This document shows positions 30,077 through 41,420 of a stretch of 56,745 bases of DNA, one piece after another (position 1 is the first letter of the stretch; each line of letters starts with the position of its first letter). The notes beneath the pieces are model-generated. The model did not search any database, was not told the origin of the DNA, and saw only the letters and a list, made by a program, of their open reading frames with translations. The stretch is taken from the NCBI GenBank assembly GCA_964649035.1, contig CAZYMT010000002.1, positions 1-56,745 of the forward strand, read 5' to 3'. The stretch comes from an uncultured Rhodobacterales bacterium (GTDB taxonomy: Bacteria; Pseudomonadota; Alphaproteobacteria; Rhodobacterales; Rhodobacteraceae). The position numbers and the translations under genes are program-made.

Positions 30077-31114
30077 ATGTCCAAAGTTATCATCACAGCC
30101 AGCGAGAACGGGTTTTACAATCTGTCCCCTCTTAGCACCAAATTGGCACCAAATGTTTTTCTTAAAACGGCGGTGAACCATAAAGGTCTAGCGCGCACTA
30201 TGGATACGGGTTGGGAAACGATGGAAAGCAAAATGCATGCGGATTTCGGGGTATCTATTATTGCCCAACCGATTGATGTTTCCGATCCTAAACTGGGAAT
30301 GCAGGTCGAGATTGCGGTAACCGGTATTGAATTCTACCGGATTGAGGACGGTGTGAAAATTGTTGCCGGGGTCATAGAGTTGACCGAGCCATTAGTGATT
30401 ACTGCAACCTATGACCAACTTGGCGCTGATGAATTTGGCTGGCGCGCAGAAGTTGGCGATAACCTTGAAGATTTGGTTCGCGACGAAGGGTTTGTCTTTA
30501 TCGGCAGCAGCAGCGACGACGTTTTTGCCGCACATATGAATGTCGGACCAATTTATGGCACCAATGAAATTCACGGGCGGGCGGGCGATGACCACCTTAC
30601 AGGTAGCCTTGGAAACGATGTGATCACGGGCGGGGTTGGCGATGATTTCATCTTTGACGCTGACGGTGTGAATTTGCTGCGTGGCGGGCGCGGGAATGAT
30701 GTGCTCGAGCTGGGCAATAGCTCGAACGGTAGCGTCGCGCGCGGCGGCAAAGGTGCTGACACTTTGATTTCCGGCAATGGCGATGATGTTCTAAAAGGTG
30801 GGCGTGGGCATGACATTCTGGATGGTGGACGCGGTGACGACACCTTAAAGGGCGGCGCTGGATCCGATATTATGGCTGGCGGTAGAGGTGCAGATGTTTT
30901 CGTTTTTGGCGCAAAATCTAGGGGCCTTGATACGATTTCCGATTTCACCGATGGCGAAGATTTAATTAAAATTCGTGGAAAAGTCGAATTTAATGATCTG
31001 AGTATTCATCAAGCTGGCGATGATGCTGTGATCGGTTGGGGTCGTGATGACAGTCGTATTATTCTGGAGAATATCGATGTCAGCGATCTAAGCGTCGACG
31101 ATTTTCTGTTCTAG
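30077..31114 (+). CDS. RTX/hemolysin-type calcium-binding protein (type I secretion substrate-like)
   Basis: Many GGxGxDxLx nonapeptides; C-terminal ADVFVF...DTISDFTDGEDLI...DDFLF. Confidence 0.88.
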   Translation: MSKVIITASENGFYNLSPLSTKLAPNVFLKTAVNHKGLARTMDTGWETMESKMHADFGVSIIAQPIDVSDPKLGMQVEIAVTGIEFYRIEDGVKIVAGVIELTEPLVITATYDQLGADEFGWRAEVGDNLEDLVRDEGFVFIGSSSDDVFAAHMNVGPIYGTNEIHGRAGDDHLTGSLGNDVITGGVGDDFIFDADGVNLLRGGRGNDVLELGNSSNGSVARGGKGADTLISGNGDDVLKGGRGHDILDGGRGDDTLKGGAGSDIMAGGRGADVFVFGAKSRGLDTISDFTDGEDLIKIRGKVEFNDLSIHQAGDDAVIGWGRDDSRIILENIDVSDLSVDDFLF

Positions 31115-31143
31115 GAAAATGGGCGACCCGCGGGCCGCCCAAT
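31115..31143 (-). terminator. Intrinsic terminator between the convergent RTX gene and degP
   Basis: GGGCGGCCC-GC-GGGTCGCCC followed by ATTTT on the minus strand. Confidence 0.7.
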
Positions 31144-31147
31144 AAAT

Positions 31148-32608
31148 TCATTCCAACGATATAGCAACAAAACGTTTGTCGCCGTTGCGGTTAACCAACA
31201 TCAGGATTGATGTCCGCCCGCCTTCTTTGGCAAGCTCGATACGGTCCACGACGTCTTCAGGGTTTACAACTTCTTGTTGCCCCACTTCGGTGATGACATC
31301 ACCGGCACGAAGACCTTTTTCATAGGCTTCCGAACTTGCATCAACATCGGTTATAACAACACCAACACTCAGATCGCCAAGGTCAAATTTTTCGGCGTTT
31401 TCAGCTGTCAGACCGCCCAGTGTGATCCCGTGTGTTTCAACAACAGGTATATCAGGCGTGTCTTCTGTCGGGCTGGCGCTAGCCAAAGTTACGTCTTCCA
31501 GACGACCCAATGTCACCAGCAGAGTTTGCGTTTTTCCCTCGCGCATAACGACCACACGGACAGCTTTACCAACATCGGTTTCGGCAACGGTTGATACCAG
31601 CTCACGGATATTTTCCACGGGGTTTCCGTCAAAAGTGATGATCACGTCGCCAGGTTCAATACCACCGTCAAGCGCAGGCCCTTCAGGAACATCGGTAACA
31701 AGTGCGCCGTCAGTGCTGGCAAGTTCCAGCGCCTCGGCCACGTCTTCACTAATGTCTTGAATACGAACACCCAACCAACCGCGACGGGTTTCGCCGTGCT
31801 CGATCAGCTGGTCAACCACACGGCTAACCACAGCCGAGGACATCGAAAAACCGATACCGATGGAGCCACCATTTGGAGATAAGATCGCGGTATTCACGCC
31901 GATAACTTCGCCGTCCATATTGAACAACGGACCACCGGAGTTACCTTGGTTGATCGCTGCATCGGTCTGGATGAAATCATCATAAGACCCGGACAGCGCC
32001 CGGTTGCGAGCGGAAATAATACCTGCCGACACAGAGAAGCCCTGCCCCAACGGATTGCCCATCGCCATGACCCAGTCGCCAACACGGGCGATATCGGAAT
32101 CGCCAAATTTCACGAAAGGCAGCGGGCCGTCAAAATCGATTTTGAGGACGGCAATATCAGTGCGCTCATCGGTGCCGATCAATTCGGCAACGGCGGTTTC
32201 ACCGGAAAACATCTCGATGGTTATCTCGTCGGCACCTTCAATAACGTGGTTATTGGTGACGATATAGCCGTCAGCGGAAATGATAAAACCTGACCCGAGG
32301 GCTTGGCCGCGAAGCTGCGGGCCTTCTTCGGGTTCTTGCTCATCAAGAAAATCATTAAACAAATCTTCCAGCGGGGAACCTTCGGGAACAATGGGACGTT
32401 GGCCGCTGCGGCCCGTCACGGCCACACTGGTCACGATATTCACAACCGAAGGGCTGATGGCTTCGGCCAAATCGGCAAAGCTGTCACCGGCAGCGCGGGA
32501 ATGGCCCGTTTGTGGGGCGGCCAGCGTGAATACAAGCGCGGCCAGCACCATGAAAAAGGATGTTTTCAGAAATCCGGTTGGACGACTGAGGGTTTGTGTT
32601 TTGGTCAA
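31148..32608 (-). CDS. degP: Periplasmic serine endoprotease Do/DegP (two PDZ domains)
   Basis: LGSGFII, TNNHV, DIAVL, IQTDAAINQGNSGGPL, RGWLGV. Confidence 0.93.
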   Translation of the reverse strand: MTKTQTLSRPTGFLKTSFFMVLAALVFTLAAPQTGHSRAAGDSFADLAEAISPSVVNIVTSVAVTGRSGQRPIVPEGSPLEDLFNDFLDEQEPEEGPQLRGQALGSGFIISADGYIVTNNHVIEGADEITIEMFSGETAVAELIGTDERTDIAVLKIDFDGPLPFVKFGDSDIARVGDWVMAMGNPLGQGFSVSAGIISARNRALSGSYDDFIQTDAAINQGNSGGPLFNMDGEVIGVNTAILSPNGGSIGIGFSMSSAVVSRVVDQLIEHGETRRGWLGVRIQDISEDVAEALELASTDGALVTDVPEGPALDGGIEPGDVIITFDGNPVENIRELVSTVAETDVGKAVRVVVMREGKTQTLLVTLGRLEDVTLASASPTEDTPDIPVVETHGITLGGLTAENAEKFDLGDLSVGVVITDVDASSEAYEKGLRAGDVITEVGQQEVVNPEDVVDRIELAKEGGRTSILMLVNRNGDKRFVAISLE

Positions 32609-32731
32609 GGTTATTCCTCCTGCTCACACAATTGTGGCCCATCTTGGACCTACTTACACTCTATAGACTGTGACTTATTAATAATATTACAAGTAAACAG
32701 AATGTGCATTTCCTCACATTACTGTGACAGA

Positions 32732-32917
32732 TCACCCGCGCGCAAGCCAGATTAATGCGACACCGACTGTAATTGTGATCAACCCGATCACACGCATTTT
32801 GTCCGCGCCGATCTCGCGCAGCAATTCAAGGACCTGTTCCAAACGCGAAGGGGCCAGTGCAAGCACCAGCCCCTCGATTATTGCGACAAAGCCTAAGCCT
32901 AGTAGAAGATCGCTCAA
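32732..32917 (-). CDS. DUF2065 small membrane protein
   Basis: IIEGLVLALAP...MRVIGL; usual position after hflC. Confidence 0.85.
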   Translation of the reverse strand: MSDLLLGLGFVAIIEGLVLALAPSRLEQVLELLREIGADKMRVIGLITITVGVALIWLARG

Positions 32918-33783
32918 TCCAAGCCATCCGTTTTCAGGAATTCAAAGAATTCGCTGTCAGGGGAAATGACCATGGTTGAATTATCGCCTTGCAAGGCTTG
33001 CTCGTAAGCAGAAAGCGAACGATAGAAGGCAAAGAATTCAGGGTCACGGCCATAAGCATCGGCAAAGATAGCGTTGCGTTCTGCGTCGGCTTCACCACGA
33101 ACGATTTCGGCGTCACGTTGGGCTGCGGAAACCAGTTCCACCGCTGTACGATCAGCAAGGGCACGCACTTTTTGCGCCGCTTCGTTACCACGCGCACGTT
33201 CGTCCGTAGCCTCACGTTCACGTTCGGCCTGCATACGGGCGAATGTCGCCGCGAGGTTTTGTTCCGGCAAGTCAGCACGTTTGATGCGCACATCGACGAT
33301 CTCGATCCCAAGGTTTTTAGCCTCAAAAATGGCCAAATCACGGATGCGGTTCATCAGGGTAACACGATTTTCCGAAAGGATATCATTAGATGTAACCGAA
33401 CCCAGAACCTCACGCAGACTGGCGTTCAGAATCCGCGACAAGCGCACCTCGGCGGAGGGAATGCCACCAGACCCAACCGCTTGGCGGAATTTCACCACAT
33501 CGGTGATGCGGAAGCGAGAGAACGCGTCCACAACAAGGCGACGGTCATCAAGCGGTGTGACCTCTAGCGGTGGCGTGTCCAGCGACAAGATACGGTCATC
33601 GTATTTCACGACCTCTTGGATGAACGGAAGTTTGAAAGCCAGGCCGGGTTCTTCTTTAACGGCCTTCACTTCACCAAATTGTAGGACCAGCGCTTTTTCG
33701 CGTTCGTCAACGACGAATAGCGAAGCGGAGACCAGAACCAGAATGACGACGGCTATGAAGCCGAAAATTGGTAGATTTTTCAT
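32914..33783 (-). CDS. hflC: FtsH modulator HflC
   Basis: SPFH domain; VDVRIKRADLP, RMQAERE, DPEFFAFYRSL. Confidence 0.96.
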   Translation of the reverse strand: MKNLPIFGFIAVVILVLVSASLFVVDEREKALVLQFGEVKAVKEEPGLAFKLPFIQEVVKYDDRILSLDTPPLEVTPLDDRRLVVDAFSRFRITDVVKFRQAVGSGGIPSAEVRLSRILNASLREVLGSVTSNDILSENRVTLMNRIRDLAIFEAKNLGIEIVDVRIKRADLPEQNLAATFARMQAEREREATDERARGNEAAQKVRALADRTAVELVSAAQRDAEIVRGEADAERNAIFADAYGRDPEFFAFYRSLSAYEQALQGDNSTMVISPDSEFFEFLKTDGLD

Positions 33784-34934
33784 TAGTTCGATCCCCCACG
33801 ATTAAGCTCGTTCAAAGGCAGATAAGGCACAACGCCCTGCCCTCCGGCACCCTCATCAATGATGATTTTATTCACCCCCGACAGAACACGTTCCATCGTT
33901 TCAAGATAAAGACGTTTGCGCGTCACTTCTTGCGCTTTGGCGTATTCTTCATAAACGGCGATGAAACGGCTGGCTTCACCCGTTGCCTCATTGACCACTT
34001 GTGCGCGGTAGCCTTCGGCAATTTGCAACATTTGCGCGGATTCACCACGCGCCGCAGCAAGGCGTTGGTTGGCATAAGCGTCAGCGCGTTTTTCTAGCGT
34101 ATCACGTTCTTGTTCAGCAGCTTGAACATCACGGAACGCGTCGATAACTTCGCGCGGCGGATCGGCTTTGTCAAAGTTGAGACGCACAATATTCACACCA
34201 GAATTATAGCTATCGAGCGTCGCTTGGATCAGCTCGCCAACTTCTTGCGAAATCGCGGCGCGGTCACGGTTCAAAATTGGCGCAAGGTTGGAGCGCGCGA
34301 TAACTTCGCGCATTGCCGATTCAGACACAGCGCGGATAGTTTCGTCCGGATCAGCCAGATTAAACAGGAATTGCGCAGGATCGGTGATGTTCCAAACAAC
34401 CTGGAAATCAATATCGACGATGTTTTCGTCGCCTGTCAGCATCAAGCCTTCCTCAAGGCGACCACCACGACCGCCAGTACCGATATCGATGGTACGCTCG
34501 TTAGTGACGCCGATGACTTCTTTGGTCACAACTGGCCAAGGCGCGAAATTCAGACCCTCGGTACCGGTTTGCGAATAATCGCCAAGGAACAGTTCCACGG
34601 ATTTTTCGCTTGTATCAACACGGTAGAAAGACGCCGCCGTCCACGCGATCACAGCCACAAGACCAAGGATGATGAACGGGCCTTTGCCCAAGCCAGCACC
34701 GCCGCCACCCTGACCGCCGCCATTGCCGTTTCCACGACCGCCGCCCATCAGAATTTTCAGCTGGTCTTGACCTTTGCGAACCAGATCATCGAGATCAGGC
34801 ACTTGTGGCGGGCGACTATCGCCGCCGCCATTATTGCCTTCAGGGCGATCTCCGCCCCCCCAAGGGCCGTCTTTACCGCCCTTATCGTCTCCACCGCCGC
34901 CCCAGGGACCGCCGCCATTGTTGGAATTTGACAT
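33783..34934 (-). CDS. hflK: FtsH modulator HflK
   Basis: Gly-rich N-terminus, MLTGDENIVD, DPPREVIDAF, RLYLETME, VVPYLPL. Confidence 0.96.
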   Translation of the reverse strand: MSNSNNGGGPWGGGGDDKGGKDGPWGGGDRPEGNNGGGDSRPPQVPDLDDLVRKGQDQLKILMGGGRGNGNGGGQGGGGAGLGKGPFIILGLVAVIAWTAASFYRVDTSEKSVELFLGDYSQTGTEGLNFAPWPVVTKEVIGVTNERTIDIGTGGRGGRLEEGLMLTGDENIVDIDFQVVWNITDPAQFLFNLADPDETIRAVSESAMREVIARSNLAPILNRDRAAISQEVGELIQATLDSYNSGVNIVRLNFDKADPPREVIDAFRDVQAAEQERDTLEKRADAYANQRLAAARGESAQMLQIAEGYRAQVVNEATGEASRFIAVYEEYAKAQEVTRKRLYLETMERVLSGVNKIIIDEGAGGQGVVPYLPLNELNRGGSN

Positions 34935-34998
34935 GTGCTTCCTTTTTTCGCTGTCTCAGTCAGAACTGTGCGTTCTGACACGTATTTTCAAGGGGTTC

Positions 34999-36342
34999 TT
35001 ACACCGGATTTTTCATTGTGACCAGTTCTTCCGCAGCTGTCGGGTGAACGGCGACAGTACGATCGAAATCTTCCTTGGTCGCACTCATTTTAACGGCAAT
35101 ACCCGCCAGCTGGATCATTTCCCCCGCCGCAGGACCGATTATGTGGCAACCGAGCACTTTGCGGGTGTCCTTATCGACCACCAATTTCATCAACATGCGC
35201 TCATCCCGCCCCGCCAGAATATTGGCCATTGGCCGGAAAGCTGAACGATAAATTTCGACATTATGGTTTTCGCGCGCATCTTCTTCGCTAAGACCAACAG
35301 TGCCGATTTCAGGCTGCGTGAAAACGGCGGTCGGGATCAGTTCATGATCCATCGAGGTCGGGTTGTTGTTAAACACGGTTTCGACAAAGGCCATACCCTC
35401 GCGGATCGCCACGGGGGTCAGGTTTACGCGGTCAGTGACATCGCCAACGGCATAGATCGACGGAACCGAAGTGGCCGAGAATTCATCCACGGCAACCTCA
35501 CCTTTACGGCCCAACGTCACGCCAGCTTCAGCCAAACCCATGCCGTCAGTGTTCGGAATACGACCCGTGGCGTAAAGCACCTGATCAACCACACAGGTTG
35601 AGCCGTTGGAGCATTTCACATGCAAGCCATCATCGTGTTTTTCGATGCTGGTAACGTCAGTGCCAAGATGCAAATCGATACCCTTCTTGATCATCTCGTC
35701 CGCGACATGCCCCCGAACCTCACCATCAAAGCCGCGCAGGATTTGTGCGCCGCGATAATATTGATGAACCGTGGATCCCATGCCGTTGAAAATGCCGGCA
35801 AATTCGCTGGCGATATAGCCACCTCCGACGATCAGGATGCGGGCAGGTAATTCGGTTAGTTTGAACACTCCGTCCGAGGTGATGACGAATTCTTTCCCCG
35901 GAACGTCCGGTACAAATGGGCGGCCCCCCGTGGCGACCAAAATGGTTTTTGCCGTGATCTCGCGACCATCGGCCAGCACAACGGTGTGCGCATCCTTGAC
36001 CGTGGCGCGGCTGTCAAACGTTTCGACGTCGTTGCTGGACAGGATATTTCGGTAAATCCCCTCAAGCCGGTCCAGTTCGTTATCGATGGCCGTGATCATG
36101 GTCCCCCAGTCAAAACTGGTTTCCCCGACGGTCCAACCAAAGCCTTTGGCATCTGCGAAACTTTGCGAGAAAGTCGATGCATAGACCATCAGTTTTTTTG
36201 GAACGCAGCCACGGATGACACAGGTGCCGCCGTACCGATATTCCTCGGCCAAGGCCACCTTAGCGCCGCCTTGGGCAGCCACACGCCCTGCCCGCACACC
36301 GCCAGAACCACCACCAATTACAAAGAGATCATAATCGTACAT
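34999..36342 (-). CDS. gor: Glutathione-disulfide reductase
   Basis: GGGSGG, GGTCVIRGCVPKK, GGGYIASE, VHPTAAEE. Confidence 0.96.
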   Translation of the reverse strand: MYDYDLFVIGGGSGGVRAGRVAAQGGAKVALAEEYRYGGTCVIRGCVPKKLMVYASTFSQSFADAKGFGWTVGETSFDWGTMITAIDNELDRLEGIYRNILSSNDVETFDSRATVKDAHTVVLADGREITAKTILVATGGRPFVPDVPGKEFVITSDGVFKLTELPARILIVGGGYIASEFAGIFNGMGSTVHQYYRGAQILRGFDGEVRGHVADEMIKKGIDLHLGTDVTSIEKHDDGLHVKCSNGSTCVVDQVLYATGRIPNTDGMGLAEAGVTLGRKGEVAVDEFSATSVPSIYAVGDVTDRVNLTPVAIREGMAFVETVFNNNPTSMDHELIPTAVFTQPEIGTVGLSEEDARENHNVEIYRSAFRPMANILAGRDERMLMKLVVDKDTRKVLGCHIIGPAAGEMIQLAGIAVKMSATKEDFDRTVAVHPTAAEELVTMKNPV

Positions 36343-36347
36343 ATTTG

Positions 36348-37061
36348 TTAACCTTCAATAATGCGGGTCGTTCCGTCCGCGTGTCCAAGGATCACCATTT
36401 TGGCGATATTGACGAATAATCCGGTTTCGACAACACCAACAATCAGTTTGATATCATGGGCCAGTTTTTCGGGATTTCCGATCCGTTGTAGTTTCAGATC
36501 AAGAATATAATGCCCTTCGTCGGTATTATAAGGGCTGTCGCCGGCCATTCTGCGCATAATTTCGTGACCTGTTACATCGGCATCTTGCAACAACGCCGCA
36601 ATCTTGCGCTCGGTGCTTTGCCACCCGAAGCGCACAACCTCGATCGGCAGGGGGAATGCGCCGAGATGCTCAACCTCTTTACTGCTGTCACTGATCACGA
36701 TCATCTTGTCGGATGCGGTCGCCACTAGTTTTTCTTGCAACAAAGCCCCGCCGCCACCTTTGACCAGATTAAGGGCGGGGTCGAATTCATCGGCACCGTC
36801 GATCACAAGATCAAGCCACCCAGCCTTGTCCAAGGTGGTTAGCGGGATATTCAGCCCCTCGGCTTGCTCTTTTGTGCGGCTTGATGTCGGCACACCAACG
36901 ATCTGCAAACCGTTCGCGACACGTTCCCCCAACAGCGCCACCAAATAGGCCGCAGTCGAACCTGTGCCCAAGCCAACCGTCATCCCGTCTTCGATGTATT
37001 CCAAGGCCTTTTCTGCGCAAGCATATTTTGCCCTGTCTGCGCCATTTTCGGGAATATCCAT
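36348..37061 (-). CDS. rpiA: Ribose-5-phosphate isomerase A
   Basis: GLGTGST, DGADE, KGGGGALLQEK, GVVETGLF. Confidence 0.97.
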   Translation of the reverse strand: MDIPENGADRAKYACAEKALEYIEDGMTVGLGTGSTAAYLVALLGERVANGLQIVGVPTSSRTKEQAEGLNIPLTTLDKAGWLDLVIDGADEFDPALNLVKGGGGALLQEKLVATASDKMIVISDSSKEVEHLGAFPLPIEVVRFGWQSTERKIAALLQDADVTGHEIMRRMAGDSPYNTDEGHYILDLKLQRIGNPEKLAHDIKLIVGVVETGLFVNIAKMVILGHADGTTRIIEG

Positions 37062-37177
37062 GATCTGATTCCTGTAATCGTCCAGTTTCCATCGGTCATA
37101 CATCCCGTTTCGCATGCCAGCAAGATAATGTCGCATTTGACGTTGTTTCCTATCGGAAACACAGCTAGACGTCAGAC

Positions 37178-38554
37178 ATGTTTTTAAGCGTATTCGACAT
37201 TTTTAAAATCGGGGTTGGCCCGTCCTCGTCCCACACAGTTGGGCCGATGCTGGCGGCTGGGCGTTTTCTTGATAGTTTGCGAGCGGGGCGCGAGAAAGTT
37301 CCAGGCGCCGGGGAATTGGCGCGGCTGGAATGTTCGCTGCATGGATCGCTGGCGTTTACCGGCAAGGGCCATGCGACGGATCGGGCGGTTATGCTGGGCT
37401 TGGCAGGGTTTGATCCTGTGAATTACGACATGGCGGCGGCCGATTTAGCCGAGGCCGCGATACGGGAAACGGGCAAGGTTCCCCCGCCGGACCTTGGCGA
37501 TTTGGGCTGCGCGGTGATATTCGATTACGAACAGCTGCTTTCCGGCCACACTAATGGCATGATATTTTCGGCGTATGACGGCGATGGCCAGTTATATCTG
37601 CGCGAAATCTATTATTCAGTCGGTGGTGGTTTCGTTTTGACAGAAAAGGAGCTGGCAGCGGATGGCAACGACATTCCGCTTGATGTGCGCTACCCGTTTC
37701 GCAATGCCGCCGACATGTTGGCGATGGCCGCGCGCAGCAACAAAAGCATCGCCGATATGAAACGCGCGAATGAGCTGGCACATATGGACGCAAAAATTCT
37801 GGATGACGGTTTGGCGCATATCTGGCAGGTGATGAATTCCTGTATGGAGCGCGGTTTTGCAGCCGAAGGCATTTTGCCCGGCGGTTTGAATGTACGGCGA
37901 CGCGCCAAGGCAATCCACGAAACTTTGCTGGCAGAACAAGGGCTGAATATGGTTGCCCCGCATACCATCAACGACTGGATTTCGGTCTATGCAATTGCCG
38001 TGAACGAGGAAAACGCTGCTGGTGGACAAGTGGTCACCGCCCCCACCAACGGCGCGGCGGGTGTGGTTCCGGCGACCCTGCGATATTATCTGGACCATGT
38101 GCCGATGGCCTCGCCTGACAAGATCGCGGACTATCTGCTTACGGCGGCGGCAATAGGCGGGATGATCAAGAATAACGCCTCGATTTCTGGCGCTGAGGTC
38201 GGCTGTCAGGGTGAGGTCGGATCAGCCTCGGCAATGGCGGCGGCTGGGTTTTGCGAGATTATGGGCGGGACGCCGGAACAGGTGGAAAACGCCGCCGAGA
38301 TCGCCTTGGAACACCATCTGGGCATGACCTGCGATCCGGTTGGCGGCCTCGTGCAGGCCCCTTGTATTGAACGCAATGGTTTGGGTGCAATCAAGGCCGT
38401 GTCGGCGGCATCACTGGCGCTGCGCGGCGACGGAAAACACTTGATCAGCCTTGATGCCTGTGTTGAAACCATGCGCCAAACGGGGCTGGATATGAACACG
38501 AAGTATAAGGAGACCTCGCTTGGTGGGTTGGCGGTGAACGTGCCGGAATGTTAG
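37178..38554 (+). CDS. sdaA: L-serine ammonia-lyase (Fe-S dependent, single chain)
   Basis: [49 protein letters not shown]. Confidence 0.97.
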   Translation: MFLSVFDIFKIGVGPSSSHTVGPMLAAGRFLDSLRAGREKVPGAGELARLECSLHGSLAFTGKGHATDRAVMLGLAGFDPVNYDMAAADLAEAAIRETGKVPPPDLGDLGCAVIFDYEQLLSGHTNGMIFSAYDGDGQLYLREIYYSVGGGFVLTEKELAADGNDIPLDVRYPFRNAADMLAMAARSNKSIADMKRANELAHMDAKILDDGLAHIWQVMNSCMERGFAAEGILPGGLNVRRRAKAIHETLLAEQGLNMVAPHTINDWISVYAIAVNEENAAGGQVVTAPTNGAAGVVPATLRYYLDHVPMASPDKIADYLLTAAAIGGMIKNNASISGAEVGCQGEVGSASAMAAAGFCEIMGGTPEQVENAAEIALEHHLGMTCDPVGGLVQAPCIERNGLGAIKAVSAASLALRGDGKHLISLDACVETMRQTGLDMNTKYKETSLGGLAVNVPEC

Positions 38555-38765
38555 GGTTGGAATACCAGTTAAATCTCGCGCGCATCACAGGTGATCGGTG
38601 AGAGCGCCGTAACGGTTTTGCGACCAAGACTAACCGAAACATCGAATAGAATTGGCGCACCAAGCAAGTTCCCGAAGGTCGGCAGTCAGGACTTTACCAA
38701 CCTTGGTTGCCAATAAAAAATTCGGATGCGATAATACTCATGAAAACATAACCAGAAGATTGAAA

Positions 38766-39071
38766 ATGACTCTAATTCCAAACAATCAAAGCCTCTTTAT
38801 TGTTGACCTACATTACATCGAAAGTTTTGCGAAAATCGAGCCGCTGCTGGATGCACATGTTGAATTTCTTGAGAGAAATTATGCCTTAGGGCATTTTGTG
38901 GCATCAGGCCCAAAAGTACCGCGAACCGGTGGAGTTATCATCGCAACGGCCAAAACGCGTGAGATTTTAGAAGGGCTACTAAAAAACGACCCGTTTCATG
39001 AACGTGGTATAGCGCGCTACACTGTGACGGAATTCAACCCTTCGATGAAGGCACCACAGCTTGATTCATGA
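38766..39071 (+). CDS. YciI family protein
   Basis: HVEFL...FVASGPKVPRTGGVIIA...DPF. Confidence 0.85.
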   Translation: MTLIPNNQSLFIVDLHYIESFAKIEPLLDAHVEFLERNYALGHFVASGPKVPRTGGVIIATAKTREILEGLLKNDPFHERGIARYTVTEFNPSMKAPQLDS

Positions 39072-39160
39072 TGTCACAAAGCGCTAAAAATAGACTTTAG
39101 CCGATTGCTAGATTGGGCCATTTTCAGGAAGAGAAAATCGGGTATCTCTAACCATTTATG

Positions 39161-39808
39161 CTAAACGAATAATTGCGCCACAACCGTTTCAAAATACGTG
39201 GCTGGTAATATTACCAGCATATGTGGGCGATCAAAACGAAGGGTAATCGTTTCGGCGATGGTTTCGTTTGAGGTGCCGATTTTTGTTGCAGGCGCGAAAT
39301 TTAAGCCCTCTATCGGCCATCTTAGGCCTGTTGATACACCCGAAACCGCCCCCATCGGGAATAGGGAAACGCGGGTGCCTATGGGCAAGTTTAGTCGAAA
39401 GTTAAGCGGTGCGCGAAAACACATGTCCTCTACACCCAGCAATATTAACCGTTTGTCGGTTTTGATTAGACTGTGACAGGCCGCCAAGTGGTGGTCGATC
39501 AATCCGCCCGTAAAACCGACACCCAAATAATAGGGTGCCTCGGTCGCATATAGGCATTTATCTAGGTCGGTGGACATTTGTTCGGCGATAAGATGTTCGG
39601 GAATGCGGCCAAGCACCGAAATATCGACGGAGTCCATGTCGCCAATGATATGATCAACCTTTTGGCCGTGATCATGCGCGCGGTTTGCGCCGCTATCCGC
39701 CGCTATCACCCTAGGAGCGAGGGCAACGGCGCGGGCCAGTTGGGTGCCATCCACAGGCCCGCCACCAACCAAGGTGATGGGTGTTTTGCTGTTAACTATC
39801 GGCGTCAT
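39161..39808 (-). CDS. thiN: Thiamine pyrophosphokinase
   Basis: AADSGAN, IGDMDS, QMSTDLDK, GFTGGLIDH, GLRWP, GTSN. Confidence 0.9.
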   Translation of the reverse strand: MTPIVNSKTPITLVGGGPVDGTQLARAVALAPRVIAADSGANRAHDHGQKVDHIIGDMDSVDISVLGRIPEHLIAEQMSTDLDKCLYATEAPYYLGVGFTGGLIDHHLAACHSLIKTDKRLILLGVEDMCFRAPLNFRLNLPIGTRVSLFPMGAVSGVSTGLRWPIEGLNFAPATKIGTSNETIAETITLRFDRPHMLVILPATYFETVVAQLFV

Positions 39809-40022
39809 CTGCATCAGGATCCGGCTTGCCGATACCCACAAACACAAATTTGAACGGGAACGCCCAGGCCACACCAAGAATGGCGTAAACGGGGACAGAA
39901 GCCCAGATTGGCATTGGACCAATCATCGCCAATATAACAATCGCAATGATGATATATATTGGCAGCCAGATCAGTAGCAGAACCAGCGACCAGTTCCGCC
40001 GCGCTTTGTGAGACAGGGCCAT
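39792..40022 (-). CDS. DUF2842 small membrane protein
   Basis: LSHKARRNWSL...two TM...VFVGIGKPDP; coupled to purA. Confidence 0.8.
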   Translation of the reverse strand: MALSHKARRNWSLVLLLIWLPIYIIIAIVILAMIGPMPIWASVPVYAILGVAWAFPFKFVFVGIGKPDPDADDADS

Positions 40023-41314
40023 CAGTCTTCGAACGGGTCGGTGACGAGGATGGTGTCTTCGCGTTCCGGCGAGGTCGAGAGCATGGCGACCGGACAGTCG
40101 ATCAGTTCCTCGATCCGGCGAACGTATTTGATCGCTTCAGCTGGCAATTCGGCCCAGCTGCGTGCGCCTTCGGTCGATTCAGACCAGCCTGATATTTCCT
40201 CATAAATCGGTTTGCAACGGGCCTGTTGATCGGCTGCGGTGGGTAGATAATCGAGGCGTTCGCCGTCAAGATCATAGGCCACGCAGATTTTCAGGGTTTC
40301 GAAACCGTCAAGCACATCCAGCTTGGTCAGCGAAATTCCGTTAACGCCGGATGTCGCGCAAGTCTGGCGCACCAGCACCGCATCGAACCAACCGCAACGT
40401 CGTTTACGTCCAGTGTTGGTGCCAAATTCATGGCCACGTTCACCAAGGCGTTGACCGTCAGCGTCGTCTAGTTCGGCGGGAAAAGGCCCCTCGCCGACGC
40501 GGGTGGTGTAGGCTTTGACGATACCCAGCACAAAATCGATGGCCCCCGGGCCGACGCCCGTACCAGTGGCGGCTTGCCCAGCGATAACGTTTGACGATGT
40601 CACAAACGGATATGTGCCAAAATCAATGTCGAGCAGCGCGCCTTGCGCGCCCTCAAACAAGATACGTTTCCCGGCTTTGCGCTCCTCGTTCAGGATTTTC
40701 CAAACGGGTTTGGCGTATTGCAGGATTTCCGGCGCGACGGCTTTCAGATCCGCAATAACTTTATCGCGATCAATCGGCTCCAGACCCAGACCGCTGCGCA
40801 GGGCATTATGGTGGATTAAGGCGCGATCGACGCGCAGTTCCAAGGTTGCATCATCGGCCAGATCGGCGACGCGGACGACACGACGCCCGACTTTATCCTC
40901 GTAGCACGGGCCGATACCACGACCGGTAGTGCCAATTTTAGCGACGGAATTTTGGCCTTCGCGCGCGCGATCCAGTTCACCGTGGAACGGCAGGATCAGC
41001 GGTGTATTTTCGGCAATCATCAAATTCTCGGGGGAAATATCAACGCCCTGCCCGCGGATGGAGGCGATTTCTTTCACCAGATGCCAAGGGTCAAGGACAA
41101 CACCATTGCCAATAACCGAGAGCTTGCCGCCGCGAACGACGCCACTTGGCAGCGCTGCCAATTTGTAAACCGTGCCGTCAATAACCAGCGTGTGACCAGC
41201 ATTATGACCACCTTGGAAACGCGCGATAATGTCGGCGCGTTCCGACAACCAGTCCACAATCTTCCCTTTACCTTCGTCGCCCCATTGTGCGCCGACAACT
41301 ACTACATTGGCCAT
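40022..41314 (-). CDS. purA: Adenylosuccinate synthetase
   Basis: [39 protein letters not shown]. Confidence 0.99.
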   Translation of the reverse strand: MANVVVVGAQWGDEGKGKIVDWLSERADIIARFQGGHNAGHTLVIDGTVYKLAALPSGVVRGGKLSVIGNGVVLDPWHLVKEIASIRGQGVDISPENLMIAENTPLILPFHGELDRAREGQNSVAKIGTTGRGIGPCYEDKVGRRVVRVADLADDATLELRVDRALIHHNALRSGLGLEPIDRDKVIADLKAVAPEILQYAKPVWKILNEERKAGKRILFEGAQGALLDIDFGTYPFVTSSNVIAGQAATGTGVGPGAIDFVLGIVKAYTTRVGEGPFPAELDDADGQRLGERGHEFGTNTGRKRRCGWFDAVLVRQTCATSGVNGISLTKLDVLDGFETLKICVAYDLDGERLDYLPTAADQQARCKPIYEEISGWSESTEGARSWAELPAEAIKYVRRIEELIDCPVAMLSTSPEREDTILVTDPFED

Positions 41315-41380
41315 TTCATGCCCCTCGGTTGGAAATTACGATTGGCTTATACAGGGGGATTGCGGCAAGTGGAACCGTGA

Positions 41381-41415
41381 AAAAGGCCGCAAAGGGGATT
41401 CCTTTGCGGCCTTTT
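41381..41415 (-). terminator. Intrinsic terminator after serA
   Basis: Perfect inverted repeat AAAAGGCCGCAAAGG / CCTTTGCGGCCTTTT. Confidence 0.85.
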
Positions 41416-41420
41416 GGTTT

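Noticed and set aside
30570-30900. Periodic repeats as a possible CRISPR or tandem array
   Set aside because: They encode RTX GGxGxD nonapeptides; there are no identical repeats with unique spacers and no cas genes
34690-34930. Low-complexity GGC-rich tract
   Set aside because: Normal Gly-rich N-terminus of HflK
38676-39099. yciI as a mobile cassette flanked by GTC...GACTTTA motifs (38690, 39093)
   Set aside because: Only 7 bp of identity and no convincing attC-like structure; compatible with chance
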